64,000 nucleotides of DNA from a virus (lineage: Duplodnaviria; Caudoviricetes), in the IMG/VR virus record IMGVR_UViG_3300013121_000033, positions 128,001 to 192,000 of that record. One strand, written 5' to 3'. A program made the translations under genes and the position numbers. This document shows, one piece after another, positions 1 through 9,196 of the stretch (positions within the stretch are counted from its first letter, which is position 1; each line of letters opens with the position of its first letter). The notes under the pieces are model-generated. The model was not told the origin of the DNA. It saw only the letters and a list, made by a program, of their open reading frames with translations, and searched no databases.

Positions 1-240
1 CCACACGTCGTTGTGTCCGTGCGCTTCGAGAAGCGCCTTGACGGTCGGGTAGACGTCGAACTCGCCGGGGCCGATCTTGACCGCTGGGAGGAACCCGAGT
101 TCCCGCCACGTCGGCACATAGATGGACCACAGTCCGCCGTTGTTGATGATCGACGCGATGAGCGAGTCACCGATCCGTGCGGTGGGCGGAGCTTCGTCCT
201 GCTCGGGTAGCCGGAACGAGATGAACGTGTCGTTGTCCAT
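1..240 (-). CDS. hypothetical protein (MDNDTF..., runs off window start)
   Basis: ATG at 240 behind promoter cassette; open frame to position 1. Confidence 0.75.
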   Translation of the reverse strand, partial: MDNDTFISFRLPEQDEAPPTARIGDSLIASIINNGGLWSIYVPTWRELGFLPAVKIGPGEFDVYPTVKALLEAHGHNDVW

Positions 241-278
241 GGCGTCGAACCCTACCCTTGCGTTGTGGTCACGTCAAC
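238..278 (-). promoter_or_regulatory. MDND promoter cassette copy 1
   Basis: GTTGACGTGACCACAAC, TTGACG-17nt-TAGGGT, 8 nt to ATGGACAACGAC. Confidence 0.85.
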
Positions 279-328
279 GCTTCGGAAAGTCGGGCGGTGG
301 GGTTGACTCGGGTGGTACCGTGGCCCTC

Positions 329-376
329 GTGCGTTCCCGTCTCCAACAGCGTCGCTGGCCTCAGCCACCGCTCTAG
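329..376 (+). CDS. leaderless leader peptide MRSRLQQRRWPQPPL of Pro/Trp/Gln tRNA operon
   Basis: TACCGT -10 at 316-321, GTG 7 nt later; Gln/Trp/Pro-rich; 351-376 pairs with 443-469. Confidence 0.75.
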   Translation: MRSRLQQRRWPQPPL

Positions 377-488
377 CTCCACCGGAACGCGCCCAAGATC
401 ACCCGAGCGTCCCGGCGGAGCGGAAGCCCGCACGGGGCTCTCTTGGAGTGGTGGCCGAAGCCAGCCGACAAGGGACCCCCGGACACCA

Positions 489-564
489 CGGGGTGTAGCC
501 CAGCGGCCAGGGCACCTGCTTCGGGAGCAGGGGATCGGGAGTTCGAGTCTCCCCACCCCGACCA
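489..564 (+). tRNA. tRNA-Pro(CGG)
   Basis: cloverleaf, loop TTCGGGA, GTTCGAG T-loop, encoded CCA. Confidence 0.95.
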
Positions 565-583
565 GGTCGCCCCACCGAAACGA

Positions 584-656
584 AGGGGTGTAGCTCAGCG
601 GCGAGAGCAGCGGCTTCCAAACCCGCGTGTCGGGGGTTCGAATCCCTCCACCCCTG
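584..656 (+). tRNA. tRNA-Trp(CCA)
   Basis: cloverleaf, loop TTCCAAA. Confidence 0.92.
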
Positions 657-660
657 CTGA

Positions 661-733
661 TGGCCCGTAGTTCAACTGGCGGAACGCCCGACTTTGGATC
701 GGGAGGTTGCAGGTTCGAGCCCTGCCGGGCCAG
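661..733 (+). tRNA. tRNA-Gln(TTG)
   Basis: cloverleaf, loop CTTTGGA. Confidence 0.93.
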
Positions 734-1132
734 CTACACCGACGCTGCGCGTGCGCGGTCGTTCTCGTGGGTGACGTCGCAGGCGGGGCACTGGCCTTCG
801 GGTTTGATGTCGCGGGTCAGGTGGTTGTGGCGGGTCGGGTCGACCCTGCCTTGGATCGAGATGGGGACGGCGCTCTTGAGGAACGAGAGCAGCTTCGCAG
901 CGGTGTGTTCCATGTCGCTGACGCTGCGCCTCTCCTCGATGTCTATGGACAGGCGGCGGGCCTTGCGGAACGCGGCACCGAGGGACGCCATGTCGAGGGC
1001 GCCGTGGACGACGACGTTGCGGCCGAGGGGGGCGTCACCGGGGTCCTCGTTGATCGCGGCGGCCAGGTCGCGTGGCGACCAGGGACCGGGGTCGTCGACC
1101 TCGATGAGCAGGATGCGGCGGGGCTTGTCCAT
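734..1132 (-). CDS. hypothetical protein (MDKPRR...)
   Basis: TAACGT -10 8 nt upstream of ATG 1132; C-terminal CPAC. Confidence 0.65.
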   Translation of the reverse strand: MDKPRRILLIEVDDPGPWSPRDLAAAINEDPGDAPLGRNVVVHGALDMASLGAAFRKARRLSIDIEERRSVSDMEHTAAKLLSFLKSAVPISIQGRVDPTRHNHLTRDIKPEGQCPACDVTHENDRARAASV

Positions 1133-1143
1133 GGGCGGTGACG

Positions 1144-1404
1144 TTACAGGTCCGGGTCGTCCACTGCGCCGCCTTCCCATGAGGCGATGTCGGATGCGAC
1201 GTCGAACAGTCCCATGGCGACGTGGTCGGAGACGTTCGGGGTGTGGTAGTGGGTTGTGTAGTAGGTGGAGCCGTCCGGCATCACCCACGCTGCGATCACG
1301 GCGTAGTCGCCGAGCAGGCCATCCTCCGGGGTGGTGCCGTAGGCGGCGGCGTGGTTGACGATCGCGGTGCGGAGCGCTTCGTCGACGATCGGCTGCTCAT
1401 CCAT
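1144..1404 (-). CDS. hypothetical protein
   Basis: ORF with GC3-rich codons; TAGCGT -10 just upstream. Confidence 0.7.
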   Translation of the reverse strand: MDEQPIVDEALRTAIVNHAAAYGTTPEDGLLGDYAVIAAWVMPDGSTYYTTHYHTPNVSDHVAMGLFDVASDIASWEGGAVDDPDL

Positions 1405-1442
1405 CCGCAGGGACGCTAGCGGCGGTCGACTAGAACGACGGG

Positions 1443-2432
1443 ATGGTCAACCACGTCATCTATCACGGCGGCTGTGTCGACGGGTTCACAGCAGCGGCGC
1501 TGCTCCGCCAGGTGTACCCGTATGCCGTCTTGCACGCCGCCCGGTACCAGGAGGCGCCGCCTGATGTGTCCGGCGAAGTCGTGATCGCCGATTTCTCGTA
1601 TCCGCCCGCCGTGCTCACGGAGATCGCTGCTCGACCGAACGTCGACCGGGTCACGATGCTCGACCACCATCAGACCACCCGCGATCAGATCGCCGAGCAG
1701 GGCATGCCGGAAGGGGTTGACGTCGTTCTCGACATGGACCGGTCCGGGGCGCGGATCACGTTCGACTGGCTGCGCGACGTCCGAACCGCTGACGTCGCGT
1801 TGTCGGGGTCGGGGGTCGCCGGGTGGGAGACACTGGTCGACTACGTCCAGGACCGGGACCTCTGGCGGTTCGCTCTCGACGATTCCCGTGAGGTGACGGC
1901 GTACATCAACGCTGCGCCGATGACGTTGGACCGGTGGGCGGCGCTCGCTGTCGAAGTCCGCGACGAGCACGACATCGTGGTGCGATGCGGGCAAGCGGTC
2001 CTCGACAGGAACCGGGTGCTGCTCGACCAGATGCGCGAGACGGTCGCTGTCGCGGAGATCGGCGGGTTCCCTGTGCCGGTCACGGCGTCGCCGTACGGGC
2101 TCGGCTCTGACTTCGCTGGTGAGGTCGCAGCGACGTCACCGCACGGGATCGGCGGCTACTACATCGACTACCCGGGGTTCCGGCAGTTCGGGCTGCGGTC
2201 CACCGACACCGGCCCCGACGTGCAGGCGATCGCCCGGACGTTCGGCGGCGGCGGCCACGTCCACGCCTCCGGATTCAAGATCGACCGGGCCACGGGCCAC
2301 CCGCTGCTCGCCGACTTCCACGCTTACGGCGGCGGGAGCGGCGGTGGCGGCGGTGGCGTCGGCGGGAGGACGGGCAGCGGCGTCGGCGGGAGGACGGGCA
2401 GCGGCGGGTCGAGCTACGCGAACCTCACCTAG
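1443..2432 (+). CDS. DHH/DHHA1-family phosphoesterase (nanoRNase-like)
   Basis: YHGGCVDG, DFSY, LDHH, DRDLW and FGGGGH motifs. Confidence 0.9.
   Translation: MVNHVIYHGGCVDGFTAAALLRQVYPYAVLHAARYQEAPPDVSGEVVIADFSYPPAVLTEIAARPNVDRVTMLDHHQTTRDQIAEQGMPEGVDVVLDMDRSGARITFDWLRDVRTADVALSGSGVAGWETLVDYVQDRDLWRFALDDSREVTAYINAAPMTLDRWAALAVEVRDEHDIVVRCGQAVLDRNRVLLDQMRETVAVAEIGGFPVPVTASPYGLGSDFAGEVAATSPHGIGGYYIDYPGFRQFGLRSTDTGPDVQAIARTFGGGGHVHASGFKIDRATGHPLLADFHAYGGGSGGGGGGVGGRTGSGVGGRTGSGGSSYANLT
2355..2402 (+). repeat. 24-bp tandem repeat x2 encoding GVGGRTGS
   Basis: GGCGTCGGCGGGAGGACGGGCAGC twice. Confidence 0.85.
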
Positions 2433-2599
2433 GCCGCGACGGGGACGGAGGTACGGCGTCCGAGCGGCGGGCTCTCCGTGCCGTCGGCGTACACGAGGAC
2501 GACGTGGCTGCCGTCGACGAGGACGTCGATCACGAGTCTCGGGCCGTGCCGGGTGAGGACGACGTCGCCGGGGTCGATGAGCCAGGCGCGGCGAGTCAC
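2429..2599 (-). CDS. small hypothetical protein (MTRRAWLIDPGDVV...)
   Basis: GTGA overlap with helicase stop; 56 aa; absent from ORF track. Confidence 0.65.
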   Translation of the reverse strand: MTRRAWLIDPGDVVLTRHGPRLVIDVLVDGSHVVLVYADGTESPPLGRRTSVPVAA

Positions 2600-5500
2600 C
2601 GGAACAACGGGATGACGTTGCCGCCATCATCATCGCCTTCGTCGGGTTCGGCGGGCGTCGTAGGGATCGGTTCCCCCGCCTGTTCCAACACGGCACGAGC
2701 GAGCATCTTGACGCGGTCGGCGTCGACCTCCATGAGCGGCGTGATCCGCTCGATCGACGGGTCCTCGATCGGTTCCGCCTGCTGCTTCTTCACTCCCAAC
2801 ACCTCGATCATCGGCAGGTCGGACCCGACATCGGACGTAAGGAAGTACGCGAGGACCGGATGGTTCTCCTGACCGGGCCGATTCAATCGGCCAATGCACT
2901 GCGCATGCATCGACGGTGTCCAGTCGAGTTCGCCGAACACGCCGACGTGGCAGACGTCTTGGAGCCCGTTGAGCCCGGCACCGGACCGCAAGCTCATGAT
3001 GAACACGGCGGAGCCGCCTTCGTTGTTCGGGCGGCGGAACCTGTCGAGAGCGTCGCGTTTCTGTGTGTCCGACTCTGCACCAGTGAACTTGACCGGCCGA
3101 TGCTTCGCCAACCGTTCCATCCAGATGTCGTAGCACGCGTGGTGCCATCCCCAGAGGACGACTTTGTCGACCGATTCGAGTAGTAGCTCAACGAACGCTG
3201 CGACGTATGGGGCCTTCGCGATGCCGGTTGCTTGGCGGAGGCGGACGTCCAACTCGCCTGCGGCCTGCCACCGGTCCGTCGTGGGTGTCTCTTGGGAGAG
3301 GATGAACCGGGCGAGTTCCGCGGCGTTGCCGGAGAGTTGGTCGTAGACGTCGATGTCGTGGTCGACGACCTGTTCGATGCGGAGCGGTTCGATCCCGGGG
3401 AGTTTCACCCCGACCATGACCCCGGAGTCCCGGAGGAACGAACCGAGCGCAGCGGGGTTGGCGACACGGGGCTTGCCGCCGTAACTCGACCCGCACCATT
3501 CGCGCAGGAACTCGTGTCGTTCGCCGAGCGCGTCGGGGCGGACGATGCTGTAAATCTCCCAGAGGTCGCCGCCGTAGTTCGTTACTGGTGTCGCGGTGTT
3601 GTGGACGAGCACTCCGTCAGCGACGAACGAGGGGTGTCCTACCATCTCTAGGTCGTACACCACGTCCGGGCTTTCGAGGTCGGCCTCAACTGAGCGGACA
3701 GCGGCTTCTTTGAGCTTGTTTCGCCCCCAGTCGTATCTGACTCGGTTACCTCGCCAACCGAAATTGTCGCCGGACTCGGCATGCGCTGACCAGTTGACTG
3801 AGAACGCGTTTCTTGTCCCTACGATCTTCCGTCCATGGGCGTCAGCCCCGCCCGCTCCTGTCCCGGTCCGGCAAGACAGGCTGCCTTGGGCGCCCAAGCT
3901 TCGGAGCAGGCTGAGCAGGGACGTGGCGAGGGGTTTCGAGACGGTCGTGTAGTACCGACGACCGTCTCGACCCACACTGCCGTCGCTATCAACCAGTCCT
4001 CGGAGTAGTTCGCGACGAGCCGTTTCGGGCCACGAGATGATCCACTCACCTGGGATGAACTTGTCGTAGCAGTTGGCGCCTCTGGTCGTGCGGCGCAGCA
4101 TCTCGGAGAACAGAGGATGACTGAATCGCACTTCGACGCTTCGGCCGTTGCCCGGCCGCAACTTGGGTTCGAGGGCGACATGTGGCAGGTTGGCGACCAT
4201 GTCCATCATGTGCTCAGCAAGGGCGTCCTCGACGGCGAGCCCGACGCGGGTGCCGTCCAACCAGCCGTCGCCGAGGTAGAAGCCCAAGAGGTAGGCCCAG
4301 TCGCTCAAGTTCACAGATGCGGCGATCCATCGGTGCCCCCGACCGATGCCCTGGTATGCGCCGGTCGGCGGAGGGAGAAGTGCCGCATGTTGGCGGTAGA
4401 TGTCGGCTGGCAGACGGGGGCCGAACTTGGCTTCTTTGTGGAAGTTCTGCCATTGCCACGCTGTGACGCCGATGTCGTGTCGGGTGATACCAGCGGTGTC
4501 GACGACGACTTGGCCTCGGACGAGGTCGGCAGCAAGGTCGGCGAAATCGAAGGGCTGTTCCGCTACGGCAGCCCAGCCGTTCCCGTCGTCGCCAGCGAGC
4601 CGGTCCCCGGGGGTGAGCCCGTCAGCGCGGACAAGGTCGAGCCCGCGAGCGGCAACGCGGTACACAGAGTGTTCATCGGTGAGCGTAAGGCGACCACTCG
4701 GAACGCGGAGCGTCGTCGTGGTGGTGTCGCACCGGTGGCGGAGGAAGGTGCGAACTGGCTTCCAGCCGAACCTCTCCCCAGTCCACCCCCGCGACCTGAC
4801 ATCAAGGTGTTCCACTCGAAACAGTTCGTGGATGCCCCAACATTCTGGCGCCACTTCTTTCGCCACAAGTCGCGTCGCTTCCTCGATAGTCCCTACCCAC
4901 CCCGTGCCGAACGGACCACCTATCATCTCGACCACGCTGTCTGGACCGACGCTCAGGCCGACGACGTAGTTGGCTTTGTCGGCGATCGTCGCGGCGGCGG
5001 TGCCTTTCACGGTCGAGGTGCCGTTGCGGAGTTCCTGGACTTCGTCGAACACGACGGAACGGATCGCCCCTGCGAGATGCTGCGACCAGCCGCCGAGCTT
5101 CGAGTAGGTCGTGACGTACACGTCGGGTGGCCGGACGTGGCGTCGTCCGAGCCGGGTGCGCATCGGGTCGTACGGTGTGCCCTTCGTGACGACGTGGACG
5201 TGGAAGTCGGGCCACGTCGCCTTGATCTCGTTGTACCACTGGTGTTGGAGGTGGGGGGCGGCGACCACCAGGCCGGGGAGGGCGTCCGGGTTCCGGAACG
5301 TGAGCGACCCGCTATAGGACTTACCGGCTCCGAGTGAATCGGTGATGAGTAGCCGCTTGACGACCGAGACGATGTCGGCGTTCGTCCGCTGGTGATCCCA
5401 TCGTGGGGCGCGGGCCGGGATGCGGAAGTCGCCGTCGACGGGGTGTCCAGCGAAGATCGAGACGATCTGGTCGCCGATCCATCGTTGCCGGTCGGCTACC

Positions 5501-5721
5501 GCGGTCAGGTGCGCTAGGTCGTCGGCGCCGACGTCAAGCGGCCAGCGGATCAGGGACCACTCGATGTCGAGCGCGACATCGTCGGACTCGGCGACAACGA
5601 TCGTCCCGGAACGAGTCGCTAACGCTCGTGGGAACAGGCGCTTGAGACGGACCGCGACGTGTGGTTCGACGTCGAACACCCAATAGGTGTCCTCGCGGGT
5701 GAGGGTCCCGTAGGTGCGCAT
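2596..5721 (-). CDS. SNF2-family helicase containing an intein
   Basis: DSLGAGKS, DEVQ, L-TATP motif III, SLRSGAGLNGLQ, QCIGRLNRPGQ; ATG 5721 after TAGCAT. Confidence 0.92.
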   Translation of the reverse strand: MRTYGTLTREDTYWVFDVEPHVAVRLKRLFPRALATRSGTIVVAESDDVALDIEWSLIRWPLDVGADDLAHLTAVADRQRWIGDQIVSIFAGHPVDGDFRIPARAPRWDHQRTNADIVSVVKRLLITDSLGAGKSYSGSLTFRNPDALPGLVVAAPHLQHQWYNEIKATWPDFHVHVVTKGTPYDPMRTRLGRRHVRPPDVYVTTYSKLGGWSQHLAGAIRSVVFDEVQELRNGTSTVKGTAAATIADKANYVVGLSVGPDSVVEMIGGPFGTGWVGTIEEATRLVAKEVAPECWGIHELFRVEHLDVRSRGWTGERFGWKPVRTFLRHRCDTTTTTLRVPSGRLTLTDEHSVYRVAARGLDLVRADGLTPGDRLAGDDGNGWAAVAEQPFDFADLAADLVRGQVVVDTAGITRHDIGVTAWQWQNFHKEAKFGPRLPADIYRQHAALLPPPTGAYQGIGRGHRWIAASVNLSDWAYLLGFYLGDGWLDGTRVGLAVEDALAEHMMDMVANLPHVALEPKLRPGNGRSVEVRFSHPLFSEMLRRTTRGANCYDKFIPGEWIISWPETARRELLRGLVDSDGSVGRDGRRYYTTVSKPLATSLLSLLRSLGAQGSLSCRTGTGAGGADAHGRKIVGTRNAFSVNWSAHAESGDNFGWRGNRVRYDWGRNKLKEAAVRSVEADLESPDVVYDLEMVGHPSFVADGVLVHNTATPVTNYGGDLWEIYSIVRPDALGERHEFLREWCGSSYGGKPRVANPAALGSFLRDSGVMVGVKLPGIEPLRIEQVVDHDIDVYDQLSGNAAELARFILSQETPTTDRWQAAGELDVRLRQATGIAKAPYVAAFVELLLESVDKVVLWGWHHACYDIWMERLAKHRPVKFTGAESDTQKRDALDRFRRPNNEGGSAVFIMSLRSGAGLNGLQDVCHVGVFGELDWTPSMHAQCIGRLNRPGQENHPVLAYFLTSDVGSDLPMIEVLGVKKQQAEPIEDPSIERITPLMEVDADRVKMLARAVLEQAGEPIPTTPAEPDEGDDDGGNVIPLFR
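3598..4953 (-). mobile_element. intein (452 aa) with LAGLIDADG endonuclease in helicase motif III
   Basis: Ser1 SVGPDSVV; TLTDEH block B; LLGFYLGDG and LLRGLVDSDG; VYDLEM...VLVHN/T. Confidence 0.92.
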
Positions 5722-5738
5722 GCGGGCGGCGATGCTAC

Positions 5739-6335
5739 CTACAACCCGCCGCCGACATAGATGACGGTGAGGGTGCAGGGGCCGACCGTTCCGGGGAGAC
5801 GCCGGTGCGTGACGCGGGTCGTGACAACGACCAGGTCGGTGAGCCGCGGGTCCTTCGAGTAGCGGAGTAGCTGCGCGAGTAGCGTCGTGTCCGACCCTTT
5901 GACCTTCACCTCGACGCCGACGGTGCCGTCGACGACGAAGTCGATGCGGTCCCTCGGGGTGAGGCGCACTTCGCGTTGGTAGGGGAGCGCGGCGGCGTCG
6001 AACGCTTCGGCGAGCCCGGCTTGGAGGTCGTGTTCGCTGGCGTAGCTGTACTTCCACGAGCGCACCGCGGCGACGACCGCCGCACGGGGGTCACCGGCGA
6101 GGTGGGCGGGCCGGTGGGTGTCGTCGACGTACGCGCCATAGATCGACGCGACCGACCGGCGGAAGTCGATCCAGTCGGACAGGGTGGTCGGCCCGGGGCG
6201 GCAGTCGAGGCACCCGTCCGCCGTGGCGGTGTGGATGTCGACGCCGAGCAGTGAGAACCGGGCGACGGTGTACCCGTCCGGGGAGTCGACCCACACGGTA
6301 CGACCATCGGACCGGATCAGAGGGTCGATCGCCAC
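5739..6335 (-). CDS. hypothetical protein with PD-(D/E)XK nuclease-like C-terminus
   Basis: EHDLQ...RIDFVVDGTVGVEVK...QLLRY. Confidence 0.65.
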   Translation of the reverse strand: MAIDPLIRSDGRTVWVDSPDGYTVARFSLLGVDIHTATADGCLDCRPGPTTLSDWIDFRRSVASIYGAYVDDTHRPAHLAGDPRAAVVAAVRSWKYSYASEHDLQAGLAEAFDAAALPYQREVRLTPRDRIDFVVDGTVGVEVKVKGSDTTLLAQLLRYSKDPRLTDLVVVTTRVTHRRLPGTVGPCTLTVIYVGGGL

Positions 6336-6679
6336 GCTTCCTCACGTTCGGGGAGGTCTGCGACGGGATGGTCGCCGCCGTGGCGGAGCAGGCCGTCGAT
6401 GAACGCGTTGGCAGCATCGACCTGCGCGGCGAGGGCGACGTTCTCGGCTTCGAGTTCGGAGTAGGTGGCGCACCACCGTGCGAGTAGGTTCGCCGCGGTT
6501 TGGAGGGCGTCGGCGGCGTCACGGCGACAGCGGGCTTCGTCGGTGAAGGTGGAACGGTGGCCGAAGCCGCCCATCACGTCCACCTTGGCGGCGACGTCGC
6601 GCAGCGTCGCCGTGATCGTTGTCGTAGCGGCCTCGGTGAGAGGGTCCGCCGCCACGATCCGGTCGGTCGTGTTGGTCAT
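6317..6679 (-). CDS. hypothetical protein
   Basis: ATGA overlap with upstream gene; codon bias. Confidence 0.65.
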   Translation of the reverse strand: MTNTTDRIVAADPLTEAATTTITATLRDVAAKVDVMGGFGHRSTFTDEARCRRDAADALQTAANLLARWCATYSELEAENVALAAQVDAANAFIDGLLRHGGDHPVADLPEREEAWRSTL

Positions 6680-7149
6680 GGCACTCTCGCTTCCGGGCAG
6701 ACGGCGCACAGCGCCTCGTACCGTTCCGGGGTCCACGAACCGAACTCGGATTCGGGGTCGACGCCGTACAGGTCGGTGACGCCGAGCGGGAGCGACGGGA
6801 CCCGCTGGTCCTCGGCGATCTCGCCGCTGAGCCACGCTACGGGGACCTCCCAGTCGGCGTACCCCTGTCCACGTCCCGTCTCTGCGAACTGGCGGTAGAC
6901 GTCGGGGTGGCGGCGGATCATCGCTGCGAGGTCGCAGGTCACGTCGATCTCGACGGTGACGCGGCCGTCGAGACGGAACGAGCCGGGCGGGTTGCACTCG
7001 GGGCAGGCGCACGGTTCACCGTGACCCGATTCACAGCGGTGAACCCATCGTCCTCCGTGCGGCGGGGGGTCGCGTTCCTCGGCGTAGCGGCAGGACTGGC
7101 ACCACGTCTCGATCGGCGGGGGGCCAGGGTCGAACAGGTGGTCAGACAT
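6676..7149 (-). CDS. hypothetical protein, Cys-rich N-terminus
   Basis: ORF in operon; CQSC and CACPEC. Confidence 0.65.
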   Translation of the reverse strand: MSDHLFDPGPPPIETWCQSCRYAEERDPPPHGGRWVHRCESGHGEPCACPECNPPGSFRLDGRVTVEIDVTCDLAAMIRRHPDVYRQFAETGRGQGYADWEVPVAWLSGEIAEDQRVPSLPLGVTDLYGVDPESEFGSWTPERYEALCAVCPEARVP

Positions 7150-7669
7150 CGGCGGGGTCCAGGCGGGTCAGGTCGGAGTCGGACAGCAGGACCCGGTGGT
7201 GGCCTCCGGCCGGGTCGGTGACCTCGACGTCGGTGCCGCCCCGGCCGCGGTCGATCACCTGGCCGACCGATCCGGCGAGATATGCCGGGGTGTAGGCGTC
7301 GCTGATCTTGACGGGAGTGCCGACCATGAACGGGTGGTAGATGCCGTCGGGTGTCTCGTCGTCGTCCAGGGAGCACCAGCCGCCGTCAGCGTCGGCGACC
7401 TCGATGATCGTCATGTTCGAGTAGTCGGGCTTGATCCGGTTGTGGAACTGGAACAGGTCGTACGCCACGAGGACGGCGTCGAGTCGCTTCGCGGTGTCGT
7501 AGTCGGGGACACCGACCGCGAACGCCGGTCCGGGGACCTGCGGGATGTGGAGGACACGGATCGCGCCGGGGACGCCCGGCGCGTCCGTGTCGACGTACGC
7601 GCCGAGGCCGTCGGTGGCGTCGAGCACTCGACGCCACGCCTGGTCTGACGGGTTGGGGGTGTCGGTCAT
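7142..7669 (-). CDS. P22 gp17-like (superinfection-exclusion-related) protein
   Basis: HIPQVP...YDLFQFHNRIKPDYSN resembles P22 gp17 family from memory. Confidence 0.6.
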   Translation of the reverse strand: MTDTPNPSDQAWRRVLDATDGLGAYVDTDAPGVPGAIRVLHIPQVPGPAFAVGVPDYDTAKRLDAVLVAYDLFQFHNRIKPDYSNMTIIEVADADGGWCSLDDDETPDGIYHPFMVGTPVKISDAYTPAYLAGSVGQVIDRGRGGTDVEVTDPAGGHHRVLLSDSDLTRLDPADV

Positions 7670-7681
7670 CGTTCGGGCCTT

Positions 7682-8311
7682 TCAGGGGGTCGGGTTGGGG
7701 TCGGTGACCCCGAGCGCGACGGACGCGACGAACGTCCCGTCGGCAGGGTGGTCGCCGTGGTCGCTGTCCCACAGGATCGTGTTGCCCCGGGTGCCGTACG
7801 TCTCGATCTCCCACGCTCCGCCGAGCGAGGAGCCGGGGTTCCACCAGGCGGCGAACCCTTCGGGGTCGACGCCGTTCTCGACGTCGGGGGCGTTGTGGAC
7901 GGCGCGGACCTCGACATGCGGGGTCGAGTAGACGGTGGACATCGCGACGGTGACGTGCCACGTCCGCCGCTCGGGGTCACGTTCGGTGAGGGTCCGGGCG
8001 ACGTGCGGGACAGCGGCGACGGTGACCGCGATCTGCGGTTCGCAGAACCCGAGCGGGTCGCTGTCGTTGTGCTCGACGAACAGGCGGCGGGCGGACGGAC
8101 CGAAGTAGCCGATGACCTGGCCGTTGTAGGTGCCGATCACCGAGTCGTTGCGGATGCCGACGCTCGGGTCTGCCGGGTCGACCTCGGCGTCGCGGAGGAC
8201 CGCCCCGGCGGGGAGGAACACGGACGGTTCCCGGTCCGGGTCGACCGGGTCGTCGGGACCGGGGTCGACGTTGTCGTAGAACGCGACGGGTTCGAGCAGT
8301 CGCAGGTCCAT
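7682..8311 (-). CDS. hypothetical protein (MDLRLLEP...)
   Basis: TGATG overlap with upstream mini-gene. Confidence 0.7.
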   Translation of the reverse strand: MDLRLLEPVAFYDNVDPGPDDPVDPDREPSVFLPAGAVLRDAEVDPADPSVGIRNDSVIGTYNGQVIGYFGPSARRLFVEHNDSDPLGFCEPQIAVTVAAVPHVARTLTERDPERRTWHVTVAMSTVYSTPHVEVRAVHNAPDVENGVDPEGFAAWWNPGSSLGGAWEIETYGTRGNTILWDSDHGDHPADGTFVASVALGVTDPNPTP

Positions 8312-8448
8312 CACTTGGCCTCCTTCGGCGGATGCGCTTCCGCGGTCCATCGCGTGAGGACACTGCGGGGCCGTTGGCAAGGGCAGTGGGAGGTGCGACC
8401 ATCGAGCCAGTCGACCACGATGGGGTGGAAGTTGGTGCCGTTGTCCAT
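8311..8448 (-). CDS. 45-aa mini-gene (MDNGTNF...)
   Basis: starts at cassette ATG; stop overlaps next ATG. Confidence 0.6.
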   Translation of the reverse strand: MDNGTNFHPIVVDWLDGRTSHCPCQRPRSVLTRWTAEAHPPKEAK

Positions 8449-8484
8449 GCCCGCACCCTACCGTCACGTTATGGTCACGTCAAC
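8446..8484 (-). promoter_or_regulatory. MDND promoter cassette copy 2
   Basis: GTTGACGTGACCATAAC...TAGGGT...ATGGACAAC. Confidence 0.85.
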
Positions 8485-8927
8485 ACCGTGGCGAGGTGGA
8501 GCATCCCGGACTCGGGGGCGTTCTCGCAGACCCGGACGATCAGGTCTGAGTCGCCGAGCCTGATCCAGCCGTGCCGCTGGTACCAGGCGTGCAGCGACGT
8601 CGCGTCGAGTCCCCCGTGTTCCTCGTCGAGTGGGAGGACCGCGGCGTACAGGTGACGCCGGTAGCGGTCCGCCCAAGTATGGACCTCGGCGAGTAGCGCT
8701 GTGCCGTGCCCGCGGCCGCGGTCGTCGGGTGCGGTGAACACGAGGACGAGGCATCCGAGATGGGGGTGTTCGACCTGAACGGCGGCGTGGCCGTGGACGG
8801 TGGTGAACGTCTCGACGTCGAGCGGGCGCGGTTTGGGGAGAAGGTCACCTTTGTTGATCCCGGTCATCTTCATGACCCACCCCCGAGCGCCGACGCGGTA
8901 GCGGGCGGTGGAGTCATCCGGTCCCAT
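8475..8927 (-). CDS. GNAT acetyltransferase
   Basis: RGRGHGTALL acetyl-CoA motif, WYQRHGW. Confidence 0.8.
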   Translation of the reverse strand: MGPDDSTARYRVGARGWVMKMTGINKGDLLPKPRPLDVETFTTVHGHAAVQVEHPHLGCLVLVFTAPDDRGRGHGTALLAEVHTWADRYRRHLYAAVLPLDEEHGGLDATSLHAWYQRHGWIRLGDSDLIVRVCENAPESGMLHLATVLT

Positions 8928-9196
8928 TCGTCCTGGTCCGGCCAGAAGATGATCCCCGGCTGGATCAACGCGACCCGCCCCTCGGCTACGAGGCGGTCCC
9001 GATAGTTTTCCGCTCCCTTCTCGGAGCGGAACTCCCGGGTTCGTTCACCCTTCACGACCCACGGTTCGGTCCGGTCGCCGAGAACACCGACCACTTCGAC
9101 CACCCGCCAGATCGACCTGATGCGCGGCAGGTTGTAGCGGTCCGAGAGGATCGGTTTGCCATCGAACCAGGCGGCGAGGTCACCGGGGACCGTCAC
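8870..9196 (-). CDS. hypothetical protein
   Basis: GTGA overlap; codon bias. Confidence 0.55.
   Translation of the reverse strand: MTVPGDLAAWFDGKPILSDRYNLPRIRSIWRVVEVVGVLGDRTEPWVVKGERTREFRSEKGAENYRDRLVAEGRVALIQPGIIFWPDQDEWDRMTPPPATASALGGGS

Noticed and set aside
329-488. Stand-alone 6S/Ms1/SRP-like ncRNA
   Set aside because: No SRP motif or clear central bubble; better explained as a translated leader matching the downstream tRNAs, though not excluded.
627-1358. Long Arg/Pro-rich ORFs of the six-frame track (e.g. 627-1358, 22146-23789, 24421-25725, 44691-45911)
   Set aside because: Shadow frames of GC-rich genes on the other strand or frame, lacking codon bias or motifs.
2329-2432. Gly-rich tail of the DHH protein as a functional domain
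   Set aside because: Low-complexity 24-bp duplication after the conserved C-terminus.
5722-6057. N-terminal extensions given for helicase, acyltransferase, rtcB, DUF5131 and 43574-46690
   Set aside because: They overlap upstream genes; shorter starts have stop/start overlaps, an RBS or a leaderless -10.
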